Assembly: GCA_030704615.1 (NCBI GenBank)
Contig: CM060731.1
Coordinates: forward strand, 53,568,001-53,632,000
Reading direction: 5' to 3'
Length of the DNA stretch: 64,000 nt
Origin: Takakia lepidozioides
Lineage: Eukaryota > Plantae > Bryophyta
The notes under the pieces were generated by a model. That model saw nothing but the letters and a program-made list of their open reading frames with translations, did not search any database and was not told the DNA's origin. A program made the position numbers and the translations under genes. Positions 51,210 to 64,000 of this stretch are shown in pieces; the stretch's first letter is position 1, and each line of letters starts with the position of its first letter.

Positions 51210-53736
51210 TGTCAAGTTATTTTATCACTAGTGTGAAACTAGCTAGGAAATAGCTAGCTTTTACATATTGACATTTGGGATTGGCCCAAGTGTCAATCCA
51301 GGGGTCAAGGCAGATTTAGGCCCTGGAGTGGTTATCTTCACGGCAAGCGCATGAGGCTCATCTTTCTCGAGTTGAGCCTCACCGCGCCTAGCTATGGCGC
51401 CGTAGTGTGGATTCCCCATGGCGTGGGGTGCACTTGGCTTGACTTGTATTTGAGTGATGAGGTTATATATGCATGAGTTTATGCTTCAGATTTGTGAGCT
51501 TGTGCTTGTATTCTTCTTCTTTATCACTCGAGAAAGATCAGCTCGTATCTATGAGTGCTAGATACGAGTTAGTTGTAGCACTTGTGGTTTTTGCTTGAGA
51601 TTGAGAGAAACCAAGTTGTTATGCAAGGAGCACCATGGAGCTCTTGGTTGTTAGAAGCGGAGGCGATGTGGGTTACGAGGTGGTAGACCTTGGCATTCGA
51701 TCTTCAGCTTCAGAGATGAAAGCACCATGCTGCAGGTAATTCCAGAGCACCTTGATGGTTTCAAATTGTGTACATGCATGAGCAAGCACGATTGGGAAGA
51801 GGACCAGTCAAGAGCAGGTTATAGTGGCTTTGGTGGCAAAGCTGAGAACTGGACCTGGGAATGCGAGCTTTCATTGTGTGAAGGATTGCAAGACCAAGCG
51901 AAAGGGCTGATTTGGCTTGGGGCAAATCAATGCACTTTGTGGAGTATGGTGAGATTGGGTTTCAATCTCGAGCTTCAGCATTGAGAGGGCTCTTGTCATG
52001 GCAAGAGCAGGGCTGGAACAGGAGCTAAGAGGTGCGGCAAGGCCATGGAATGTGCACCTGGGGTTTCAGAGCTTGGAAGAAGAGCTCTTGCACCACAAGA
52101 GAAGTGTCTTGTGGCTGGAAATGTAAGCCTTAGGGTTTCAGGAGCTTGGCAAAGGCTGTGGAGTGCTTAGTCTTGTCTTAGAGAGCATCAAGGAGCCAAG
52201 GAGCCAAGATAGGGGGCTGATATCTCTTGTGTGAAGAGGTTGCATGTGTGGAGCATGTATTCAGCTCATTGAAGCTTCCATCTTCAAGCTTGGAGGGCAA
52301 GCAAGGAAGAGGGAAGGGCTGACTTCCCTTATGTGAGGGCAATGTATGTGTGGAGCATGCTATCAGCCTGGTGAAGGCTTGCACTTTTAGGTGTGGGAGT
52401 GCAAGGAAGGAAGGAAGGGGCTGGTTTCCCTGTAGGGCATGTAGAGCATGCTTTCAGCCTGCTAAAGCTTGTATTTTCAGGTTTGTGGGTGCAAGAAATG
52501 AAGCAAAGGAGCTGATTCTCTTATGGTGAGAGTGGGGCATGTGTGGAGCATGCCTTCAGCCCATTGAGGCTCTTGTTTTCAAGCCTTAGAGAGCTAGAAC
52601 GGAAGGTCTAGGGCTGGTTTCCACTTGGAGTGAAAGAAAAGCACTTGTAGGGCCTATGTGAGTTGGGGTTTCAACTTCAAGCTTGAAGGGAGCGCAACTC
52701 TTGAAGCAACAGGTGTAGAGGGCTGGAATAGGCTCTAAGACAGATGTTATGGCCAATGAGAGTGCTTGAATGAGTGCTCACAAGGGCTGGGAACCAGCAG
52801 GGCTTGGTTGTTTGCCATTGAGTTTAGTGGCGTGTTTGGGGAGGCTAAGTGAGAAAGAAGGCTTGGTTTGTGGCAACCACCTCATGGCTTAGGGCTACTA
52901 TGGTGGTGTGTGGGAGCCGAAAGAGCAAGGATACCTTGCTGATTTCCTCACAGCCACCATAGCTCGGTGGAAAGAAGCCTAGAGTCCAAGAGACACAAAC
53001 CCTAGCTTGGCATGGCTAAACCCCTTGGAGAAATGGCTAAACTGCCAGAGCGGCCATGTGTGGGGCTGTGACAGGCTGTGGCAAGCTGTGATGGGCTATG
53101 AGGGGCTGTGACAGGCTGTGGCGAGCTGTGACAGGCTGTGCCCTGTGCCCTGTGGGGCTGTGACGGGCTGTGTCAGGCTGTGGCGAGCTGTGAGGGGCTG
53201 TGACAGGCCGTGCCTGAGGCCTTTGAGGCTGTGACGGGCTGTGAGGGGTGTGACAGGCCGTGCCTGAGGCCTTTGGGGCTGTGACGGGCTGTGAGGGGCT
53301 GTGACAGGCTGTGCCCTGTGCCCTGTGGGGCTGTGACGGGCTGTGTCAGGCTGTGGCGAGCTGTGACGGGCTGTGACGGGCTGTGCCCAGTGGCCTGTGG
53401 GGCTGTGACGGGCTGTGATGGGCTGTGGCAAGCTGTGACAGGCTGTGATGGGCTGTGATGGGCTGTGACAGGCTGTGCCCTGTGCCCTGTGGAGCTGTGA
53501 CGGGCTGTGATGGGCTGTGACAGGCTGTGCCCTCTGGCCTGTGGGGCTGTGACGGGCTGTGACAGGCTGTGGCAAGCTGTGATGGGCTGTGATGGGCTGT
53601 GATGGGCTGTGACAGGCTGTGCCCTGTGCCCTGTGGGGCTGTGACGGGCTGTGTCAGGCTGTGACAGGCTGTGCCCAGTGGCCTTTGGGGCTGTGACGGG
53701 CTGTGCGGGGCTGTGACAGGCTGTGCCCTGAGGCCT
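51210..53736 (-). mobile_element. Long LTR-like sequence (element B) inserted in chromovirus gag and itself interrupted by element A
   Basis: Ends ..ATAACTTGACA directly against gag; non-coding. Four imperfect ~100-bp units at 52210-52620 and a CACAG array at 53057-53736. Its other end is not visible. Confidence 0.55.
53057..53736 (-). repeat. 10-bp tandem array (CTGTGACGGG)n with higher-order variants
   Basis: Directly visible; same core as the array inside element A's LTR. Confidence 0.95.
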
Positions 53737-54671
53737 TGTCGCGCGGCTTTTACTCACCCATCCCTTCGCTATCCGAGGCGGAAACTCCAAGATAGAAGAG
53801 TTGGAAATCTCTAAGTACTCAGCCCGCGCAGAACAATCAGTCATGACCTACAGCTAGTGTATCATGGGGGTGTTTCCTATTTGTTTCCCTTTTTGCATTC
53901 ATCTTAGCTACCTTACCATTGATAATTAAGTATTAGTTTGCTTCATCAATCTATCGGTTTCCTTCACTCATCCATTCAATCCACAGCTTCACTCAGATCT
54001 CTCTACACAGTGTGATTGTATCGTGTAAGTATCAGATTATGATTTATCAGGTATCAGGCCGAAGCCATTATGTCTCTAATCTGCTCTACAATATCACTAC
54101 CGCTTTGCATATAACAAGCATCTACTAATCCTCTTTCCTCCTTCACCGTGCTCTCCATCTTTTGCTTCCGATCTCCGCTCCAGCCTGACTAAGAAGTCCT
54201 CCTCCGAATAATGATGATCCTCCTTCATTCCCCGTTTCTCCCTTTATCCTCCTATTCGCGGTTCTAACCGTTTCCCTCTCTAACCGTCGTCTGTGAACTA
54301 ACATGTTCCCTTCACAGGTGTTGTTCCCCACAGTCGTTCCCTATTATCGTGACAGCTGTGTCAAGCGGTGACTGGCTGTGTTTGGCTGTGTCGGGCTGTG
54401 ACTGGCTTTGTGGCTGTGCCGGGCTGTGACTGGCTGTGTGGGCTGTGTCGGCTGTGTGGGCTGTGTGGGCTGTGTGGGCTGTGTGGGCTGTGACGGGCTG
54501 TGTTGGCTGTGTGGGCTGTGACGACTGTGACGGGCTGTGTTGACTGTGTAACCCCCCTCTACAGTGCGCTGCTGTCACCCCTAAGGCTCCTGTTGGTCTC
54601 AGTCTGTGCAAAAATTAAGGGTACCCTACAGATCCCGTATAAGTGTCTAAGTCCCCTACAGTCCTCTAACA
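53737..54671 (-). mobile_element. 3' LTR of element A, copy 2
   Basis: TGTTAGAG..GCCGCGCGACA on the minus strand, preceded by PPT GAGGGCGGAAGGGG; homologous to 7766-8721. Confidence 0.85.
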
Positions 54672-54709
54672 TTACCCCTTCCGCCCTCAAAAAGTCGTGT
54701 CCTCACGGT

Positions 54710-56352
54710 TTACTGTTTCCGAGTAGCAAACCTTTGTGAGTGAGCACCTTGTTGACGTTGAGAGTTTCGTGGTGGACTGTGTGTACGAGCCCGAGGTCTG
54801 TCTCTGGTTGATGGAGATGGTTGATCACTACCTGGATAAGTGAGGCCTTCTGGAGGCTGATATCGAGGTAATCTTTCCGGCATAGGAGATCCCCTTTGTT
54901 TCTTCTCTTCCATCTGAATTGCATAGTCTTCTCCCATGTCAAAAGAATTCTGTGAAGAAACAGTTGTATCAGAATCCTCATCGCCTCTCAGGTGTTTTAA
55001 TTTTCGAACTTTTTGTGGAATCATCTGGGGTATACAATGCTGTCCTACCATGTCTGGAAGTTTGTATTTTACAACTTGGTGTAACCGCTGAACAGCAAAA
55101 TTGGTGTAGGCACTGAGCTCCTTGTCTGTCCAGATGAGTGGGGTACCAATTACTGGTGCAGCATGCAAGTACTTCCATGCCACATGTCCCTTATAGAAAA
55201 TGTCATCAAGTCCGAATTTCTGTGTTGACAAATGGTTGCAGGCTGCTTGAAACCATGAACGAATTTGAGAATCCTTCTGCATCATAACTTTTGGGTCATA
55301 TAGGTACATATGAGGTGGCACCGAAGGTAATACCCAATGATCTCCACTGGAGTAACTTTGAAAGCGTGTTTGCATCTTTTGTTGCTCAATGTGGTAATGT
55401 ACCAGAAAACAAGCAGCGTAGTATAGCCCGCACCCCATGACAATACTTGCTATCTCCTTGGTCTTGGTATAAATGAGTCCATGTACAACCTGGAAAGCAA
55501 CCAATTCCCTCAACATGGTACCTGCCTCGTGCCAGTATTGTGCAAAGTGATGATCTTCAATATGTCGATTGTTTGGAAGAACTTTAGTCCTAGTTGCCAC
55601 TGGCAGCCAAATACGCATGATTTGGTAGTAATGTGCGAATGACTGTGGAGGACTAAATTCTTTCCAAGCCAAATCCAACATGATGGGAATTTGGTTGAAA
55701 GGCATAAGCATAGCCCTGCTGTACTCCCTTGCAGCTGGAGTTTTAGGTGGGTTAAAAGCGGCATTGCCCCATACCTCCGGCTGTGGTGGCTGTGGTGTGG
55801 TTGTAGTAACCACAGGTTCAGCTACTGGTACACTGACCTGTTGTGGTGGTGGTGGTACTGGCTCCTGTATCATTGGCATCTCCTGCACCTCCTGTGAAGA
55901 CTGAAAAGCCAAAGTTCTGGCTTGTAAATAAGAAGCCATTAGCTGGTCCTGAGGGATATAGACTCTTTGGTCGATGTTTGAAGTGAGGTCTTCCACTTGA
56001 GTCTGGAGTCCGTCTACATCCTCTTGTAACTCTGCTATCCTACTATAGACATTGTCTATAGTAGTTGTGGCAATGTTCTGCACCTGCAGTCTGAGCTCAT
56101 TCATCTCGCTTTGGGTGAGCTTCCGTGGGCTTTTGCCCTCTACTGGCCCTTGTGCTAACCAGACCTGCATAAGGCTGTTATCCACCAAGCTGCTTGTGGT
56201 TCCCCTGAGAGTTTGCTCCTCTCTCAGCTTGTACAATTCCAACTGGTGTTGTAAAGCCTCCATGCGCTTCGCCTGTGGCTCAACCAATTGCGCATAGGCA
56301 GCAAGTAGATTATTGGCTTCCTTCCAAGCCTTGTTACTGACCGCGATTTCAT
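54710..56352 (-). CDS. Additional ORF of element A, copy 2; open for more than 525 aa up to the gap; unknown function
   Basis: Uninterrupted frame with a coiled-coil-like heptad stretch, a Pro-rich linker, an aromatic/His-rich globular block and a basic tail. Confidence 0.75.
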
Positions 56353-56852
56353 NNNNNNNNNNNNNNNNNNNNNNNNNNNNNNNNNNNNNNNNNNNNNNNN
56401 NNNNNNNNNNNNNNNNNNNNNNNNNNNNNNNNNNNNNNNNNNNNNNNNNNNNNNNNNNNNNNNNNNNNNNNNNNNNNNNNNNNNNNNNNNNNNNNNNNNN
56501 NNNNNNNNNNNNNNNNNNNNNNNNNNNNNNNNNNNNNNNNNNNNNNNNNNNNNNNNNNNNNNNNNNNNNNNNNNNNNNNNNNNNNNNNNNNNNNNNNNNN
56601 NNNNNNNNNNNNNNNNNNNNNNNNNNNNNNNNNNNNNNNNNNNNNNNNNNNNNNNNNNNNNNNNNNNNNNNNNNNNNNNNNNNNNNNNNNNNNNNNNNNN
56701 NNNNNNNNNNNNNNNNNNNNNNNNNNNNNNNNNNNNNNNNNNNNNNNNNNNNNNNNNNNNNNNNNNNNNNNNNNNNNNNNNNNNNNNNNNNNNNNNNNNN
56801 NNNNNNNNNNNNNNNNNNNNNNNNNNNNNNNNNNNNNNNNNNNNNNNNNNNN
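56353..56852. other. Assembly gap (500 N)
   Basis: Run of N; the sequence on either side is unrelated. Confidence 1.
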
Positions 56853-57413
56853 TCCTTTCAAGCTTCTTTATCATTGTGCTAGACTACTTTATTGTGCCTA
56901 TATGTGTGGTGTGGTCTGGACAGCGATGTAGTTGTGTAGCGATATGTATGCGCACGACAGGTTTCATAATGAGCATTGCATAATAGTGGGGCTCCACCCA
57001 CTGATATTGCAAGTCTAAATGTATATTTATATAAATGGCTTCTGAAATAATTAATTAAAATGCCGAGAAAAACAAAATATAACAATGTTTGAAAAATAAA
57101 TGTGGGGTTTGTATCGTATTGGTAGTTAAAAAAGTTGAAATGAAAGGGACGCAAATCTGAGTAATAAAATTACTGAATGAAACTGAATATAATGGAATTG
57201 GATATTATAATATAGCTAAAAGATAAATTTGAAGAGATAAATTTGAAAAGAATTGGATGTTATAGAACTGTACATTGGATTACTAAACTGAAGGGAATTA
57301 GGAATATAATGGAATTGGATGTGATAAAACAACCCCTAATCTGAAATGAACTAATGAATATAATGGAATTCCAGAAGAAAAAAAAAAACACATTTGTTAA
57401 TTTTCAAGTATAA

Positions 57414-58636
57414 CTAGGGTAGCATGTGTCGTTGGCCCAAGTGTCCAGCGTCATCTAAGTGTAAGTGCAATCCCCTATGTATCCAAAGACCCTCATATTT
57501 GGGAGATCTATGGTAGCATGTGCTGTTGGCCCAAGTGTCCAGTGTCATCTAAGTCCAAGTCCTATGTCAAGGCCCAAGTGTGAAGAATTGAAATCTAAGC
57601 CCAAGTGCAATTTCCTATGCATCCAAGTGTTTCTCTCATGTAGAGGCCCAAGTGCGACCTCCATTAGTGTCCAATGTCATCTAAGCCCAAGTGCAATCCC
57701 CTATGCATCCAAAGACGTCGCAGTTTAGGAGATCTCCACGACATTGTTCCAATAAAGCCCACTTTGCTATTTTTGCAATTTCCCATGTTGAGGCTTCTCA
57801 TTTTTGAATAATTGGGTCTTTAAGTCTCATGTGTGGGCCATGCAGTGGGCCCCACGCACGGACGAGGGGTGGTTTCGGGTGACCCCGCCGCAACCCATGA
57901 CCCGGCCCGGGTCCGCAAGGTAAGGGTATGCCGCAGGTAGGATCCGCAGGCCGTGACCTAAAGGTGGGTCCACCCTCCTAGGCCACGTTGGGGTTGACTG
58001 CGGCTGTTTTCTAGGTTAAGAGATAAAAAAATTGCGGGTATTGCAATAAGCAATCGGTAGTGTGGTGGTTGGGTGTAGTAAATGATATCTGTGAGGTTGT
58101 GGGTTTAGCTTTGGATGGTGTTGTATGTGCATTAATGATGGTCTTTTTTTTACGGGTGAGTTTTTCCGGAAAATTTTCTAAGTCCAGAGCAGACCCGGAC
58201 CCGCGAGTAAACCGGTTGTCGGTGGTCGCGTGGAAGGCGGGGGTGACCCCGCGTTTGTGTGTCCGCTTGGCCCACACTGGCGTTTAGACCCAATTATTCA
58301 AAAATGAGAGGCCGGAGGCTTCATATATTGATATTATATCCACTTTGCTAGTTTTCGCGAATTTCCAACGATCAAAAGCACTTGTAATTCCAAATCTCCC
58401 ACATGAAGGGCCAATCATTGCTCCAGGAAAGCCCACTTTGCTATTTTCCCGAATTTCCAACGACCAAAAGTACTTGAAATTCCACATCTGCCACACCATA
58501 TATCCAAAAATTATGAGACCGTGCACCCCTCCTCATCGAGGGCTTTCCAACGGCACCAAGCACAGGGCTGGCCCCGCGGTTTGGGAGATCTCAACGACAA
58601 AACAAAACAAAACAAATGTTTCGCTTCATATATTGA
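57414..58636 (-). mobile_element. Putative non-autonomous Helitron with internal tandem repeats and a possible nested related element
   Basis: Minus strand A|TCAATATATGAAG .. CCCTAG|T. A second TCAATATATGAAG start at about 58332; GCCCAAGTG repeats at 57435-57695. Confidence 0.5.
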
Positions 58637-60425
58637 TATCCTTCTTTATTTACCAAGAGACTCACAAAACATCTTCCTCATATACATATAGACTCACTAG
58701 TGTTGGGCGGGTATAGGTACATCATCATATGGCCTTCCACTCCTTCTATATCAAGTTTTGGAGTTTCAAGTGTATCCTCCGATTCTAGATAGTGTAACTT
58801 TTAAAAACAAACATTGGCATGTAATTATGCACATTATCCTCTATCCATTTTTACCAGATATATTAGGATGCGGCTCTTCAGGCATGTTTACGGGCCCGTG
58901 GATAATCCATCCGGTTACCAATCATAAATATTATTAATATCCAGCCCAATTGCAATAAGTTATCAATAATGTTTTTAAGCAAAAATTAATTGAAAGAATA
59001 GATAATTATTAGTCTTAGCTAAAGGTAGTTACTAAATTATTTCATCAAGCCATACCATAATACACTTAATAAATGAGATCATGATGACTCTTATTGAACA
59101 TGGATCATAGCCAAAATCTCAAATATCGCGCCTCGAAAATCTTGAAGTAAAAAGCCTTGAGGTAATTCAAAGCTGCACTCGAACTACGATGTCTTTTTAC
59201 AACTACGTAGATTGGAGACCATAGATGAGGAGGTTGGGTAGCATGTGAGCAAGCTCACGTGAGCAGAAGAGGATATACCATAAATTCCTAGAATATTTTG
59301 GAAAAGATGCGATAGCGAAACTAAAATGTGCAATTTGTGCTCAGGAGCATACTTGTGCTCACGTGAGCACAAACCACACGAAGAGAAATAGACATGGGAG
59401 AAATAGGCACAAAATGAGTCATAAATATGGACGGGCACCCTATTTCCGTGGTTTACTTTCCTGTACGCACAAGCACATAACAATTGATCGTTAGCGAAAT
59501 AAAACAATCTCACGTCGTCTCTTAGATGTGAAACCAAACACATCACATTTTGTTTCGTCCACAAAATCAGTCTTTTGTAGGATACCAAAGCTGTAGATAT
59601 GTGGAACTTGGAGCTGTAGTATACATTATGGGTGCCTATTCCGCATTAGGGTTTTGGGTTTTGGAACATAAATAGGCACAGAAACCCTATAAAGGCACCG
59701 TATTTCTATATCCGCCAATGGTTTAATTTCGTTTTGAAAACATATAACTACCTATGACTGTGGTTTAAAACATAAAACCCCCATGACCGTGGATTTGTGC
59801 TCGCGTCCTACCAACCCCCTAGATAAGAAACAAACCAGTTGGTGTATTTTTCGATTTTTCTCTTGTGCAGTGTTTTATTTTTTGAATGGTCTTGAAGAAC
59901 TTGCCCCTTCATGTTCTTCTTGTTACACGGTCCTTTCCAGTACGGATGACTGACAGTTTGCGCCACATTGACACTGCCTCAACTCGTCGGCCTTGCCTAT
60001 CTTCACCACGTCGCCCCCTTTATTGGGGAGGCGTCAAATGCGTATTAAGCAATGACATCATGTTTAGGTAGTCATGTTTGGGTCATATATTTCTAACTTT
60101 TGAGTCTTGTTTTACTCCATATGTGGGTGCATTCGAAATCCATAATAATCTGTGATCTTGCTTGCTCCGCGACTTTGAAAATGTACAGGTCCAAATAAAC
60201 AGCTATCCTCCATGAAAAGCTTTCGAAATGAATTCATTTGATGGTCGTAATATCTAGCACATATAATAGCGTAATATCCCTTGATTCTAATTTGTTAAAT
60301 ATATCGTCATTTGATTTATGGCTTAGTTCACATACAGTCTTTAGTAATGGTTTCTATTTACTTTCAATAACTTATAAATGTTACAAAAAAAGGTTGGTGG
60401 ACCGAGTTTAAAACCCCGTGAAAAC

Positions 60426-60735
60426 CAGTGTTGGGCAGATATATAGTCATCATGATATCAACATCAGGATATCAATGTATCCGGACCCGGAACCGGCATT
60501 TTTTAGAGTCCGGGTTAGATGCATAACCGACGGATATGAAAATAAGAAAAAGAAATGCTATACCCGGTATAATATCCAGCGGATATCTGGCCAATACCCG
60601 TCAATATCTTGCGGATCTCAGCCCTAAACTTAATAACCGGATGCATACCCGGATCCGCTGTTTGTCATGTTGGTAATACCCGAAACCGGCAGATATCTAA
60701 AACCAAAAGTTTTTAATATCCGAATCCGGTGTATA
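60426..60735. mobile_element. hAT-like terminus with CCGG(A/T)-rich subterminal repeats
   Basis: Starts CAGTGTTG like the 30467 hAT TIR; no partner TIR found. Confidence 0.4.
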
Positions 60736-61130
60736 TGAAAGAAAGGTGTAGATCCAAAAACCCCATTGCCTCCAATCATAGGCGGAAATCTTGTCACCTT
60801 GGTGATCCTGGGTTCAATCTTCAATCGTTCAACATGTCCCTTCAACCGTCCTTTGGCCCCTCGATGGGCTGGGTGTTGAGCAATAGGCTTTGTAAATTCA
60901 CTAGACGTTAAACAAACTTATTTACTTTACTTCATTTTATTTTTATTTTTTATCCCTTCCTCAAATTTATCACAACATATTCTCTCGGAAGACAATAGGA
61001 ATAATGTAAGAACTTCCTGGACGCGTACAATCTGATGGTACTTTCGCCGGATTGGGGCTGCCTGGGATCCTAGGGGGGGGGGCCTTGTCAAATCCACCCC
61101 ACCCCCTCTTACCTCCGTTTGACTATTAAA

Positions 61131-61506
61131 TACTTAAGAATCCAAGGGGGTTTCAAGCTGAGGTGGGTAGAGTGATGATGAAGTGATAGATATGTAGGTG
61201 GCAAGGTTTCAGGTTCGATTCTTGATGGGAGGCTCTTGTAGTGTAACCCGGGTACCGGTGCAACCCTTTGTAACCCTGGTCTCTCATGTAACTCTGGTTA
61301 GTCCATTGTATACTTAGCCAAATTATTTCTACTTAGTCAAATTTCGAGACCAAGTGTGAGTTACACCGAGTGGAGTCTCTGTAACCCCGAGTGGAGTTAC
61401 ACACCTCGTCGTCGTGTAACTCAGTGTCACCCCAACTGTAGTTTACACTCCTTCAGTTCCACGTCACTCTCAATAGAGGGTGGGGAAGATTTGACATGCC
61501 GAAACC
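61131..61506 (+). mobile_element. Second copy of the SINE-like repeat at 29566-30107
   Basis: Shared start, B-box-like GGTTCGATTC and shared end. Confidence 0.65.
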
Positions 61507-61517
61507 CGCGTACCGTC

Positions 61518-61720
61518 CAGTGTTGTGCGGTTCTTGCCATATTGAAGGAACCTCCGGTTCCGGTTCCTTGGTATATTTAAAGAGACGGTTCCGGTTCCGG
61601 ATCCGGTTCTTTTTTATGAAGCGGTTCCGGTTCCAAAATTCATGAGCAGATTCCGGTTCCGGTTCCGGGTATTTTTTGGGAATGAATTGCTGGTTCCAGT
61701 TTCCGGTTCCGGTTCTCAAT
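61518..61720. mobile_element. hAT-like terminus with (CCGGTT)n subterminal repeats
   Basis: CAGTGTTG start followed by many CCGGTT units. Confidence 0.5.
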
Positions 61721-62379
61721 TTTTTTAATTTAAAAATATATATTAAATTTTTTATCCTTTTTTATAAATCTGAAAATGATTTGTGAATCCCCATTAGTTA
61801 TATCAAATCTTTTGACCATGTTGAAAAGAAACAACACAACATTCATATACGAATTTATGAAATAATAATAATGCAATATAAGCGAGTATAAATTAATGTG
61901 TGTAGAGTACACAAAGAAATCATTTTATCTCAAACAACTCGGCCTCTGCAATCAACTCCTCGATGTCATCTAAGTGGACTTCCTCACTATTCAAAAACAG
62001 ACGTGAGAGACGATACAACGTGGATGGAAAAATAAAAATAAAAATAAAAAATTTGCTGCCTACGATGTTACCTCCATGCGCTACTCCCTCCCCTGTGCTG
62101 ATGCTCGTAGCACATCGCGCAGGTGGGAGGTATGAGACTGCAGAATCAGGAAAACCAACCAAAAAATAAAAATAAAAATAAAAAATGTTTTCTACGATGC
62201 TACCTCCCTGCGCTGCTCCCTCCCCCGTGCTGATGCTCGCAGCACATTGCGCAGGTGGGAGGTGCGAGACTACAGAACCAGGAAAAGCAACCCCAGAGAA
62301 AAAAAAACAAAAAAAAAAAAAAAACCGTTGCTCCCTCCTTCACGCGCTGAGGCGCTGCTCCCTCCCCCACGCGCTGGTG

Positions 62380-64000
62380 CGTTGATCCCTCTATGAAGCC
62401 TCAAAACAAGCCTGAAGCATATACTCATTTCCTCTCAAGAAGCGAGGTTGCACAACAAAGGGGCGAGCGGAAAGAGAAAGCAACGCGCGAGAGGAGGATC
62501 AAACACACGAATCAGGCACTAAGCAGCTCTCATCCAAAACTTGTACACCAAAATCACATATACACCAACACCCAAGTACACCGCCCTGACCTTGTGTCAG
62601 GGTGCCGTCTTTATACAAAAAGCCCTAGTCGTAGTGGCTCGCCACGTGGCGAGGCATCACAGGCCAAAGCCCACGGCGCTGCCTTGTGGCCCTAGATCAG
62701 ATGAAGGGCCAGGATGAGCCACCTACAGAAACTAACCCTAACCTAAATATCATTGTAACGGTTTAACGGCTTCATACGCCAAAAAAATATACTATGGATG
62801 TGTATCATTGTTTTGGATGAAACGGGCTATTTTCCGGCTGAGCAAATATGGGGCTTTATGTGAAGCCTACCCCCCACGAAAAACCTGAGCTCCGCGAAGG
62901 AAGACAAATAATTAGGAAAATATCACCCTCCGCTGCTGGGTGAAAAACCTACCAAGGGAAAACCTGGCACCTGCAAGTTGGGCCGAGGACAAAACCCCTG
63001 GCTAGGAAATCCGTGCAGGGAATACAAATGGTGAGATGTCATAAAAATATTTTAAGTCCTAGAGAGGTCAAGTCCGAGGACCCCAAGAGTCATCAGCCGC
63101 AAACTAAGACTAAGCCGCTGACTAAGACTAAGCCGCTGAGAAGAGAAGTGGAGTAAGCTGAAGTAGATCGCTAAGAAGATCAAGACATCACCCCACTGTG
63201 CGCCCCTCCACATTGATACATGTGAGATCAAAAACTAGCTCGGAATGCACCAAGTCTGTCAAGGAAACAGGTCCATCCCGCACTTCAGTGTTAGAGCCTT
63301 GGGGAAGAAGAAGAGCACGTCGCCCACGTAAAATCTGATAGATCAAGTATGGACCGTCGATCTTGAGCTTAGATTTGCATGCATGCTTGCCATGCTGTAA
63401 TCGAACGCATACGGTCTGTCCCACCTGAAACAGGTTAGAATACTTGGCACGCTTATTAAAATTACGGGCCTGGGTTAGTTGAGCCTTACCAATGTTCGTC
63501 TTGGCATCATGGATAGACACCGCATGTCAAGCATGAAGATCCTCAACAAAGGTCTCAAGATCAACCGGATCAGCAACAGTAGATATAAGAGGGGTAGAAT
63601 GCAAAGGAGAAACACACTTGCGACCATACAGCAACTCAAAAGGAGTCTTCTTGGTGCTAGCATGCACGGCGGTGCAATAAGCAAAGAGAATAGGGGGAAG
63701 AAAGGTATCCCACTCCCTGGTAAGTGTGCCATTCTTCTCCAACATTCGGCAAAGAGTTTGGTTGAAGCGTTCCGCAAGGCCATTGGTCTGGGGCTGGTAT
63801 GGGGGGTGGTGGAATGCTTGACACCGAAGTTGAAGCAAACCACCGTAAAGAGCTGGTTACAAAGCTCCTTGCCCTGATCTGTTAGAGTATCTCCCGAGGA
63901 CACCCATGCCTCATAAGGATCTCATTGAAGAAGAACTGAGCTACAACATCACTAGCCTTTGAACGCAAAGACCGGACTTCTATCCACTTAGTCAAATAGT
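62380..64000 (-). mobile_element. Non-chromovirus Ty3/gypsy element: integrase C-terminal part (64000-63188) and probable 3' LTR (63187 to about 62380)
   Basis: TDQGKE, YQPQTNGLAERFNQTL, TPFELLYG and GPY motifs, no chromodomain. The stop is followed immediately by TGTCTTGATC; the LTR end is inferred from ..GGGATCAAC. Confidence 0.8.

Noticed and set aside
53096-53844. ORFs with PVTARHS repeats (also 7698-8119 and 54312-54739)
   Set aside because: They are translations of a 9-10 bp DNA tandem repeat whose period is mostly not a multiple of three.
6090-56352. Single large inverted segmental duplication (about 6-13.5 kb vs 45.3-56.4 kb)
   Set aside because: Homology stops exactly at LTR ends, the internal junctions differ (protease vs gag plus element B), and the flanks are unrelated. 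Independent TE insertions explain it better.
56224-56882. ORFs spanning the N run
   Set aside because: Artefacts of the assembly gap.

Overview
Eukaryotic, non-seed land-plant (bryophyte-like) genomic DNA dominated by nested transposable elements, with a 500-N scaffold gap at 56353-56852. The only intact host gene is a two-exon trifunctional UDP-L-rhamnose synthase (RHM, minus strand, 33783-36997); a PPR-E/DYW pseudogene fragment lies at about 23.5-24.0 kb. TEs include two oppositely oriented decayed Ty3/gypsy chromoviruses (Tcn1-like) and two copies of an unclassified LTR element (A) carrying a long unrecognised ORF just before its PPT/3' LTR. There is also a third LTR-like element (B) with a CACAG 10-mer array, a non-chromovirus gypsy integrase end, PIF/Harbinger, Helitron, LINE and SINE remnants, and several MITEs. 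Two members of a GCM-zinc-finger, Mutator-like DDE transposase family are present. The best candidate for a new system is at 24.0-28.9 kb. There one of these transposases is head-to-head with a spliced gene encoding a ParB/Srx-fold-like (DGNHR) domain, which is broken by an inversion. Ten copies of a ~28-bp palindrome lie in that gene's first intron and beyond the truncated transposase. All family assignments come from motif recognition by eye; no searches were run.
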